A stretch of DNA of 64,000 bases from Camelus ferus (lineage: Eukaryota): NCBI RefSeq assembly GCF_009834535.1, contig NC_045697.1:24678001-24742000 (forward strand), written 5' to 3'. The position numbers and the translations under genes were made by a program. The notes under the pieces were generated by a model. It was not told the DNA's origin. It saw only the letters and a program-made list of their open reading frames with translations, and made no database searches. Positions 12,610 to 23,700 of the stretch are shown piece by piece; position 1 is the stretch's first letter; each line of letters opens with the position of its first letter.

Positions 12610-14859
12610 CATATCAAGTCCCAGATTAAGGGAAAGCATGTGGAAGCTGTAATTTGTTGTTTCAGGGTCTACATAAATGGCTGTCTACACAGAGTCCGTT
12701 TGTTAGATTCACAGCATATAGGCCACTCTGGTCCCCGTGGTAAACAGTGAGTGTATAATGGTACGCTCTCCTTCCGAGCTCCAATTCAGTTTAACAGCCC
12801 TCCTCAATGACCATCCCAACTTAGTGAAGATGGACCGTGAGAAGCCAATCCGCCATCCTGACTGCAGTGCAGCACAGGAGTAATGTAACAGAGTTTTATG
12901 GAAGGTAATCATAGTGCATCTCTCAAAAAGGAGATACAAGAATTTTAAAAATGACACTCCCCTAGTTTTAGAGCCACCAGATAGTTTCCAGAGCTGCCAG
13001 TGAACTATAGCCCAGATAAGCTGGACTTGCGACTGCGTGTTTAGTAGTGACTTTCAGAGATCCAGGTGTGGTTTCTAAGTGAAGCAGAGTCCACATTTTG
13101 AAGCAGAATCTCACATCTATTCTACAGAGTGAAGAATCCTACATGGAATTAGTATGATGTCAAAAAATGACATTCCCTTTTTCACAGGCAAAACATTTTA
13201 CTTGTATTTTAATTAATATTTTCTGTAACTTCTTACTTGAGTCGTATGAGAAAGTCAAATAAATGAGATGTGCGGCATATAATTTTACAGCTGTGGCGGA
13301 AACTTCCTGTCTTTCCCATGAGTTGTGATCCTTCTGATCATAGTATGCAGAAATACAATTCTGAGATAATTGTTGTGCATTTTTCCTTAACAGAAATTGA
13401 CTTCTAAAAGACTGGGATGTGGCTTTCAGGTGGTATAAAAAGTTCAAATATTTTTAATCAAATAATGTTTGATTATTTGTTAAATTTTCAATATACATAG
13501 TTGTCAAATTTATCTATATACATATTTAAGTAGCTAATATGTAGCAGAACTATGCCATGTACTTTCATATATATTATCCTATTTAATATATTAAAAATCA
13601 TATTTAATTGATATTGCCTCCTTTAATTTATATAAGGCAGCAGTATTTTTTATTACATTGAATAGTCAGAAATATATATTCCATGTAGAAAAAAAATCAC
13701 AAACAGCAAATTGCAATATTTGAAAATTACCAATAATCTGTTACCTCAGATAATTATTAATATTTGCTCACATATATTTCAGTCTTATCTGCTTATTTAA
13801 TACAGTTATTGTTTATTTGCAGGTTAAAATAGTATAGCAGAATTCATTCTAGCATTTACCTAACTTTTTAACTTAACACTTATGAATACATTTCCATTAC
13901 TATTATAAGGCACATTGTCACTTTTTAGATGTTGAGTAGCTATTAAAGGATGTATCATGGTTTATATAACTAGCAATCATTTGGGAGAATTTATACGGTT
14001 TTTAATATTTTGTTATTATAAATAACTCTATAATAATTTTATTCTAATTTATTTCCATAGGTAAATTTGGAAATGGTATTAATATATCAAAGAAAAATCA
14101 CATTTGAATTTTAATACATATTCTCAAATTGTTCTCTACTTTTTCTTTCACCAAGAGTCACCAGCTCTTATTGAGAAAATGAGACACCACCTGACACCAT
14201 ACTAGCACCGAATTACCTTGAAATTCTTAAGGGGGAATTTGCAAGAGGAAGCCTAATGAATATCACATCATAGTAGGATATAAATAGTCACTACTGGCTA
14301 TTGTATCCTGATCGACATCTTTTTAATTCTTGATACAGGTAAACCCTTAGAATAACATCAAGTACACTAGACCCTGTTTGCATAAAACAAAGAAATACTG
14401 AACATCATCAGTGCTCTGAGATGTATTAAGCAATACTGAAACAAGCAGAAGACATGTCATTCTGCTTGTTCATGTACTTTTTTCAAAGCCAAGAAAATTA
14501 AAATAACATATAACTTGGGAGCAAAATTTTCACTCATAGGTATATATTTAAACGTGTGAATTCACTGAATCAGGTTCTAGTTTTCTCTAAACAGAAAACT
14601 ATGTATTTTTTTCCCTTGGCACTACGCATAGGTACTTGTGAAAACTGATTAGGCGTCCTTCTTCTATGCTTCCATAATATAATATCCACTGTGCACTGAA
14701 CCTGTCTCTTCCCCAAGTATCACCAAGGATGATGCAGCTTCCGGGAAAATGCTTAGTACTATTTTTCTTGAGTCTCTCTAATGCTCAGTGCTGGTAAATG
14801 ATCAACAAATGAAAAATGATTGTTCATTTTCTTCCTTGCTTTATTTTTCTCTACAGTAC

Positions 14860-15048
14860 TCAGTATCTCGATATTTTGTATAGTTTTCTTCATGATTTCT
14901 TTACCACTCGCTGTACCCAATTCTAGACCAAAACCTGGTGAGGGCATGGGTTTTTGCTTTGTTCACTACTCTAGCATTACATAGAATAACGGCAAACATG
15001 TAGAAATGCAATGGATAGTTTGAAATTAATTGAATGATTAAATGAACA
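14860..15048 (+). mobile_element. L2 3'-end fragment
   Basis: ttttgctttgttcact... ending in a degenerate (tgaa)n tail. Confidence 0.5.
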
Positions 15049-15655
15049 CATATGTGATCTGGCATTTCAAATGACTATATGGAAATATAATACGATGTAG
15101 ACTTAAGTATTATTTCATGTTAAAGAATGAAGTATGATTTTGATAATAATATCTATTAGTAAGCAGATACTATATACCAGGCCTTTTCAAACCTCACAAT
15201 ATTTAATATCCATAGTAAACACATCAAGCAGGTATTATTACATCCATTTGATAGATAGTAAAACTGATAATAGGGCATATTAAATCTTCATAAAAGGTTT
15301 TATTAGCTGTCAAATGATTGTGTCAAACCTCATCCCAGGTTGTTTTTTTTTTTTTTTTAGTCATTGGTGTTTATACTTCTTTCCCTATGCAACACTGCCG
15401 ACAGCCTAAAGTAAAAAATAATAGTATGGTATGAGTTATTCTGGATATATGCTGAAATTTTTATAAATGCCTTACTTGAGAAAGGGAGCAAGTAGTTAAG
15501 TATGCAAGTAGTATTTATGACAAAATTTTTCAAAAATTTTCATTATCATATGCCAGTTAATTACATTTTATGTTGTTCAATAAAAGAAAAATTTTGAAAT
15601 ACACAAAATTGTCTTTGTATACCTTCTAATCATGCAGACTTGGGTGAAAAATCTC

Positions 15656-16193
15656 TATGGTATGGGACTCTAGTGTGGCTCTCATAATCCCTGCTTTCTG
15701 ATGATAGCACCTTTGTATTCTCTTCCAAGTATGCCCTCAAGCGGCAGATATATGACCATGTGATTATGTGTCTATAATTACATTACATGACAGTGGAACC
15801 CATCTTTCTAGGAGACACTTTCTCTTATGGGCTTGAAGGCACAGACTGTCAGTTGTGAGCTGTTATATGGAGTAGGCCACGGAGCAAGGAACAGAGGGTG
15901 GCCACTGGCCCCCAGCCAGCCAGAAACTGAGGCCCTGAGTCTAGTAGCCTTCTATGTACTTACTGGATACTGTCAAGAAACACAAGGTGGGCAAGGGTAC
16001 CTCCCCCGGTGAGCCTCAGCTGAGCCCACAGTCCTGGCTGACACCCTGACTACAGCTCTGTGAGGCCCTGAAGCTCAACTAAATCCTGCCCACGGTCAGG
16101 CTCTGGACCCACAGAAACTGTGAAACAATACATTTTCCTTGTATATGCTAAAAGTTTGTGGTATTATTATTATTTCAATAGATAACTAATATA
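15656..16193 (+). mobile_element. MaLR solo LTR, MLT1E/F-like
   Basis: MLT1 3' motifs (gacccacagaaactgtga, aagtttgtggta, caatagataactaata). Exact 5-bp TSD ATCTC at 15651-15655 and 16194-16198. Confidence 0.88.
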
Positions 16194-16652
16194 ATCTCAT
16201 ATATATGATTTATACCTTATCACTGGCTTTCTGATTTACCAGAAATTTTAATTAAAAAATAAGTGCCTTAAATCATATATGTGTGTGCACACATCCACAC
16301 AAACATACACATATGCCCATATAAAAATGTGTGACTCAGAGAGAGGTATATTTGACAGTTACTTAAAATATTTGTCATTAAGATATGCTTTATTCAAATA
16401 AGCATGGTTGAACTGATTTTGCCTTTAAGTTTCTAAGCTCATAAAATGAATTGAATTTTTATAAGTGATGAGAAACATGGGTAAAGCTCTCTTAGTAGAC
16501 TGGTCAAAAAGTTGAGAGCCTGAGGTTTTACCAATTACTAGCTTCCAGGAAATGCCAGCTTCAGAGGTCAGCACTATTAACACAAACTATGAAAATATAA
16601 AAATGTTTTAAAATCCTTTCTGTGTGATTAAAGGTTAAAAGCTGAAGTATGC

Positions 16653-16666
16653 GTTGCCATGGCAAC
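16653..16666. promoter_or_regulatory. Perfect palindromic RFX X-box GTTGCCATGGCAAC
   Basis: Exact 14-bp match to the optimal RFX site, in sequence I do not recognise as repeat. Forkhead-type TGTTTAT at 16674-16680. Confidence 0.65.
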
Positions 16667-17060
16667 AGTGTTTTGTTTATAGAACTTGTCTTTTCTAGAA
16701 CTTGTCCTTTAAATGGTAGGGAAGAACCACTTCAGTCTTAACATTGTATTACGCTCTTAGCTTTCATTAGTGAAATAATATTTGTTCATTTTTCAAGAAG
16801 CATAAAATGTTCCAATGTTCATTTTGTCCATTTATTGAATGGCATTAGTAGGCTTGTTACTTAAATACATCTAAAGAAAATGAATATGTACTGGTTAATC
16901 CAATTGAACCCATGTTAATACACTACTGTGGGTCTAAACATTGGTAAATATAACAAATTCTCACTGATATACAGAATGGAATGTTGTAATGCTCTGCTTC
17001 ACTGTGATTTACTATGGTGCAAGGACTATTTCATTTGCCAACTTCTACTTTCTGATAAAC

Positions 17061-17440
17061 TGTATTAATCAGGATAAGATAGGCTTTGTAGTTGTAACAA
17101 TCAACTCTGACATGGCAGTGGCTTAAAACATCACACACTTGTTTCTTGCTTTCATGAAATTACCTAGGGTCCATACTCTCCAGGATATTTGGCTGCCACG
17201 CAGTACTTTAGTGATAGATGGCTTCTGTTCTATGCTCTACCATCTCAATACAAAGGCTTGTGGTTGCCCTAACAGAGGAAGTGAATGCCAGAGGATTTTG
17301 CACTGGCCTGAAGGGACACTCATCTATTCTGCTCGTAGCCCTTTGGCTACAATTTATTCCATGGCCCTGCCTACTGCAAGAAGGCTAGGACAAATAGGGA
17401 AGTGCTGATGACGTTTGCCAAGCATTCGTAACCCTCCCAC
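17061..17440 (-). mobile_element. Old MaLR LTR, MLT1J-like
   Basis: Begins tgtattaatcaggataag...gtaacaa...gtggcttaaaaca and contains catggccctgcctactgcaagaaggctagg. No TSD seen. Confidence 0.65.
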
Positions 17441-17821
17441 GTCTATATATTCACTTACTTGCCTTGCCTTCACACCTTGGGAGTATTCTCTTTTTCTTTG
17501 TAACCACCCACAAGCCTCTCCCTTTGATCTGCCATACTCTTCAATCTGCAATGCCATATCATCCATAATAGACTAGAGCTAATATTTTACTACACTAGTC
17601 TAACCCCTGTCAATATTACTTCGATTCAATTTTTGGAAATAATATTTAGGGCTTCCTGGTCTCCTGGTCCTTAATCCACAGCCCCTTGTTTCTTCCTATT
17701 ATCATTATCATTATAAGTATCATCTCAGTTCTTGCTTTATTGTCTGATTTCTTTACATGATGTGGTAATAGGCTATGCACAAAGAAAATTAAGTTCTCAG
17801 GGTCTCAGTTTTCAGTATCTG

Positions 17822-17823
<2 letters not shown>

Positions 17824-17880
<57 letters not shown>

Positions 17881-17892
17881 TACACACACACA
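17824..17892. repeat. Compound (AT)n(AC)n microsatellite
   Basis: Seen directly. Confidence 0.97.
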
Positions 17893-18501
17893 TTTGGATT
17901 TGTTCAGTATTTGTTGACACTCTCATATTGTTGGTTCATCAATCAGTATTCCCACAATTAAAATAACTCTATAACATTTTTTTCTCTTTTTTCCGTATTC
18001 CTTAAAATGGGATATGTCATTTTGTTTCACAAACTTGTGAACTTTTACTTGCTAGATTGCCCTTTTTTTGAGTTAATAAATTTATATCATTAAAAAAATT
18101 CAATCGACATTTCAGTGCCACTTAAATAGAAAGGCTTGTCTTGTCTACAAGTCCCTTGTTTATTTTTCTAGACTGCCATGATGCTGTGAGCTATGCAAAG
18201 TTTTATTATAATAGATCAGATTGCATTATTCTCACTTTGATTTTGATATCTGTCTATCTGTCTGTCTATCTATATCTATCCATCTCTATCTCCCTACCTC
18301 TTTCTTTAACTTTCTATTGCTATGAACATGAGAGTTCTATAACATGTAAAATTCTCATATTATGGCTACCTATGCTTCAGAGAAGCTATAGGTTACAAAA
18401 TTTACACTATTAACTGCTGTGACAACTAGAGTTTAGTACAGTACTTATGCATATTTTAGTGCCCAATGAATGCTAACTTCCATTACTATTAAAAGAAATA
18501 A

Positions 18502-18643
18502 TAATATTTGGGAATAGAAGATATTAGAGCTTACCATGGTAATATTTGGGACTAATATTTGGGAATAGAAGATATTAGAGCTTACCATGGTACTATTTGG
18601 GACTAATATTTGGGAATAGAAGATATTAGAGCTTATCATGGTA
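18502..18643. repeat. Minisatellite, 51-bp unit x about 2.8
   Basis: Units start at 18502, 18553 and 18604. Near-identical, with one substitution each in units 2 and 3. Confidence 0.97.
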
Positions 18644-20379
18644 TAAACTTGATACATAACTTACTACTTTTCACTTATTCATGGAGCTTACTTTTCAAAT
18701 ACTATGACTCATTTGATTAGATAATTCTTACAACATTAAAATAATAAACATAATAAATGCAAAATTCTGGGTTTGTGATTATTTGCTTTCAATTATTTGT
18801 CTAAAAGGTGAGAGAAATAGTATGAATAGAGGATGAAATTAGAAAATGTTCTGCTGAAAAAGTTGAGAACTTTCTGAGAAAGGCTGTGTGATATGAAATA
18901 ATTGCAAATAATAAGTTGAAGTAACTAGTAGGTAAATTATTTTGAGCCTCTTTTTTAATTGGTAGCTACCAAGAGCTGCAAGAGCATCAACAATATATTT
19001 CCTCAAAATATAAAGCTCACAAGTCTCCTGAGCGCCCTGATGTTTGCAATCTATTCCAGTCTAAATGTTCCCTCATTTTGCATCAATCTTCTAATGATCT
19101 AGATTGCCCATTGCTTCCAGCTCTCTTTTCATGTTTTATTTGGTTAAAGGAAAATCAGCTTTACATTGTGAACAGGCATACTGTTAGTGAATTGTGAAAT
19201 CGTGAGGAATTGTGTGGTAATTACGGAATATTGGCTCTCCACAGACATGTTGCTTCAACGTGGGAAGAACTGCCAGAGAATGTAAGTTTCTCTCCTCAGT
19301 AGTCCATCGTTACAGCAACAATTGTGGAAATCAAAGTGAGATGCGGAGCCATTTTTGATTGCCTTAAACGGCACGTTTATACATGCCAGCAAGAACCTAT
19401 GCTTCTATATAAATTGAAAAGAAAATGAAACAGTCTGTGGATGTAGAGTCTCTTGGGTTGAATGGAGGTGCATCAGCTTGTACTTAACATCTGTTCAGGC
19501 TGGAAATGCAGGGGAAGCTTAATATGTTTACTCAATCATATTGACTTCCTGGGTGCCAAGGCAGAAAATCTGAAACACATGACCTCTGTTCACACTACGA
19601 GCGAGCTGTTTAGAACAAAGGTGATGATCCTGGAAGAAAATGTGGAGATGCTGTCTCAGGCGCCAGCACAGTTGGAATATTTTGCTGCCAGCAATCAACA
19701 GCCCTTAAACATCGACATTGCAGGCTTTTGTCAACTAGTGTACAGAGCAACCTCTAAAAACATTTAAGAAGGACTAGGAGACAAAACTGGCATATTTCTT
19801 AACATAGCAAAAGAATATACACATATGGGCTCCAAACCTTTTCATTTTTCCCCTTGCAACTCAATACAAAATTATCATGCATTGAATGGAGCATTCTAAT
19901 CCAAATAGTTGTTTGTGAAGCCCAATTGTGAAGCTAAATTTCAGTCTCCTTTTTTGAAATCTTTCCTGCAAGCTTAAATACTTTGGCTAGCCAGATAACA
20001 TGTAGTTAAAGTATCAGAAGGGGAAGTCATAAGGAATGCAATTGGTATGTAATCCTCTTTCCTTCAAAATGTTGTGAAACAAAAAAAATCATAAAATAAA
20101 AATTAACGTCAGAAGGAAGTCTTATCAGATTTAATCTAATTGGGGTTTGTTGTTGTAGTTTTAGGTTTTGTTTGTTTGTTAACAAATACACTCTGTCTCT
20201 CTGTCTTTGATTGGCAAATGTAAGATTGTAAAATGCCCAGGGTTTTTGTCTTGTGGTTGTTATTCAATTTAAATTTCACACTCCCCAAATTGCCCTCGTT
20301 TTGGTGGGCAAGATGGCAAGACAGTAGCTACAATTCAGTGGGATGAAGTGCTTTACTATATTCCATAGATTATACTGAG

Positions 20380-20700
20380 AGAGGTCAGTGGGAGGAGCAA
20401 GTCACTATGCTTGGGGGAATACAACAGGTCACAGAGTCAGCCTTTGAGATGGAGCTTAAAGCTTGAACAAAAATTCACTAGCTGGAGGGCGAAAGAGTAT
20501 AGCCTACTAAGGGGAGGGCCTTTGGGAATGACAGGGATGTATTCAAAGGCCTGGAAATTTCAATAATGTTCTTCAGTTGGAATTAAAGGTATGTTGGGTG
20601 CAGAGATAAAGTTGAAAAGACATGTGGCTGAAAAGTTAGATCAGAGGTTATCGTCAAGGGCTGTTGATGTCAAACTAACGAGATTGTATTTTAGCGAGGA
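20380..20700 (-). mobile_element. Degenerate L2 fragment
   Basis: Purine-rich antisense L2 pattern (tttgagatggagcttaaagcttgaa, caaaggcctgga). Confidence 0.45.
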
Positions 20701-23489
20701 GGTCTGTGGTCTGCAAAGTGGGGTGGAGGTAACCTTCTTTCCTCCTCCTCCATCCTTTTGCCTTCTGTATCCTCTTCTTCCTTGTGAAACAATTTCTCTG
20801 TCCACCCTCCACGTCTGATACCACATCAACAGCATCCTTGGTACTCTTGTCCATGAGTAGCATTAGATGAGAACATTCTGGTACGTACTTTCAAAATAAA
20901 TATTTCCTGTCTTATATTTAAATGGGAAAGCATGAATGAAAACATTTATAGTAATAAATTAAATATTAATAGGCAAGAGAGTATATAGTAGGTAGTGCAA
21001 AGTAGTAAAAGGAGTGGCTTTGCTACTTGCAAGCAATACTCTATTTTTATTTAGTAATTACCTACTAGATCTGGTAGAATGACTTAACCAGACAATGTAC
21101 TTCAGGAAATTGGTATACAGAATATTGATTAAGATACATATACTGTGTAAATAAAATACAAGACAAATATAATGCAATGTTAGATATCACACAGAAGGTC
21201 TACATGACACTTATTTTTGTAAAATCCTAACATTTTAGGTATTCAACTAATGGTTTGATAAAATAGCAAAGAAGAATGACATCTTTTAAGGACATGCCTT
21301 GTATAAGCATTCTGCTTTTTAGAAACTTTTATATTTAAATATCATATGAATTTGTTTCATAAGCTAATACTAATATTGAATGTTAACATATATGTGATAT
21401 CTAGATGTATGTTTCCTCCTTCAAAGTGAGTGCATGTATTTCCTTAAAAAGGGTACAATGGGATAAGAAAAACAAATTTTTAAGTTAATTATAGAAAAAT
21501 AAGGGATCTATAAATAATATTAATGATCTTCTTTCTCTGTTAATGTATGTTGTGGGTGGCTCTCATATTTACTGAAGATAACCTGGAAATAATCCTGATT
21601 TTGTAAGTCTGGGCTATACTGACTACCAGTTTAAGGTCAAAATCAAGCAGAATTTTTCTAAAGAAGTTTCAGTTTCAAATTTGATCTCATTTGAACTTAA
21701 TCTCAATGAAAGGCCTATAATCACTTAAATTAACAAGCAAAAAAAATGAAACATTAATTGTATCCTTTTAACTGAATTGAGAGCTGAAACATTTCGAGGC
21801 GTGTAGTCCCAAATTAGCTTAATTCTAATTTTTTCCCACAAACTTCATGTAAAATCAGGGTAAATTCTCATGCCTATACATAGACTTCTGCTATCTGCAA
21901 CATATTTAAAAATCGTAACTGATTCCTTTACTTTGTAGAAATTTTAAACACTAACAAAAAGAAGGAAAGTCTTTTTTTTAACAATTTTATCCACTGTTGA
22001 ATTAATCTGCACTCTAAAAATTCCATAGCACAACACATAAGATGCATATATTTTAATACTGAACCAAAATTTGTCCAAATAAACAGTAATGGGGTTCAAA
22101 ATATGGAGGTGGTGAGTGACTACATTAGAACCTGATTATTAACATCTTGAGATCATTGGAACCCTAATACTAAATTTAGTGCTTGTAAGACATCGATTCA
22201 CCACAACAAGTAGAGAAAACACCCTATGGCAATACATGCAAGATGTGCTGTGCCTTCTACCCACAAAGAAATGTACACAGAGCCATTCCAACTTGAAGTA
22301 GTTGTTTTAAAATTTGCACATATGCATCAGATTTAAACGTTTTCACTTCCCATTACAAGGGCAATCAGATCATCAGGCTAAATACACATGATATTTCAAT
22401 AGACAGACAAATTCATAGCAAAAATGTTATGTTAAAAAATGAGTTTTGTTTTAAATAGATGAGTAGTGTTTCTTTGAATCTGTAAAATCTGTATGTTTGA
22501 AGTCTAATTTTGAAAATGGCTCTGATTTTAAATTAAGAAAAGTGCTCTACATAGTCTAAAATTATATAACACTAGTATGTTACTCTTTGAAAATGTTTCC
22601 TTATACAAGTAAGTTATGTTTACAGATGTGCTTCTAGAAGGAATATTTATGTATAGGTACCTCACTATTAACAGGGATAATGAATGTAAGAGGGAGACAT
22701 AGGGAAAAAGAGAGAGACAGGGAGACAGGGAGAGACAGAGACGGAGAGATTACCATAGTAATAATCTTCAGGATGAAAACCAGAATTTTATACTTTCCTC
22801 ACCAGTGTAGACTGTTGCCTCTGTACTGCCTTTTAATTGCAAATAAAGAACTACATGTCATGTCCTAAATCCAACAAGATCCAGTGACTGCAAGCTAAAT
22901 GTTAGAACACTAGTACTGAGATTTCACTGCATGAAACTTAAAATAAATGTTGACATAAACATAAAATCCTGAACAGGATTTAGACTAGTATAACCATTTA
23001 CTCACTAAAATTTAAATGTTAAATTAATTTCTTTATGTATGTTAGAACACAAGACCCCCTAACATGTCTTTTTTTTTTTTAAATTTAAGTAGTGAAGTTG
23101 AAAACATGGGACTTTTCTTAACCAACTTTCCTCAAATTATCAATATATTTTTTAAAAGGATATTCCTTTTAAGCTCCTTCACCATAGAGATTTGCACTGT
23201 TTTGACAAAGATCCTGGCTAATTTAAGCCCATGGCAGGAAGCAGTTTAAGGTCAGTAAAACAGAATTATCATATCTTGTTCAGTGAAGTAACACATAAAG
23301 AAAAGTGTCTGCTGAAAGCCAGCCAAATCACTGTCAACCCCAGAATTGTCAGGCAATTCCTGGTCTTCCAGAGTGCTATTCAACTTCCTCTGTGCATTAG
23401 GGATTTGCAGGCTAAGTAAATGCCTTTCAGAATAAGTCAAATTTAAGTGCATTGTCCAGCTCAGTGTTTCCATTGCTTGAGATAATCAT

Positions 23490-23700
23490 GGTTCAGTGGA
23501 TAAGAGCAAAACTGGAAGTGAAGAAATGCTCTAAATGGTCAGGCTTGTCCAAATTTCAGCCTCTGACACTGTCAAGGAACTTTTAACATGGAGCTTTAAT
23601 TACCTCACCTATAAACTAGGGGCAGTGAGATTTGCTCTTTTTCAAACAGCAAGACTGTTTTAGAAAACAAACTAAATACATTTTTTGAAAGCGTATTTGA
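23490..23700 (+). mobile_element. MIR SINE, degenerate
   Basis: cagtggataagagca...tacctcacctataaactagggg core-like sequence. Confidence 0.55.

Noticed and set aside
13455..13475. Short hairpins and direct repeats (e.g. taatcaaa-taatg-tttgatta; also near 7830, 26853, 45660)
   Set aside because: Arms of 8-13 bp in AT-rich DNA are expected by chance or local slippage.
18502..18643. CRISPR-like repeat/spacer array
   Set aside because: The would-be spacers are identical, there are no cas genes, and the context is mammalian. It is a minisatellite.
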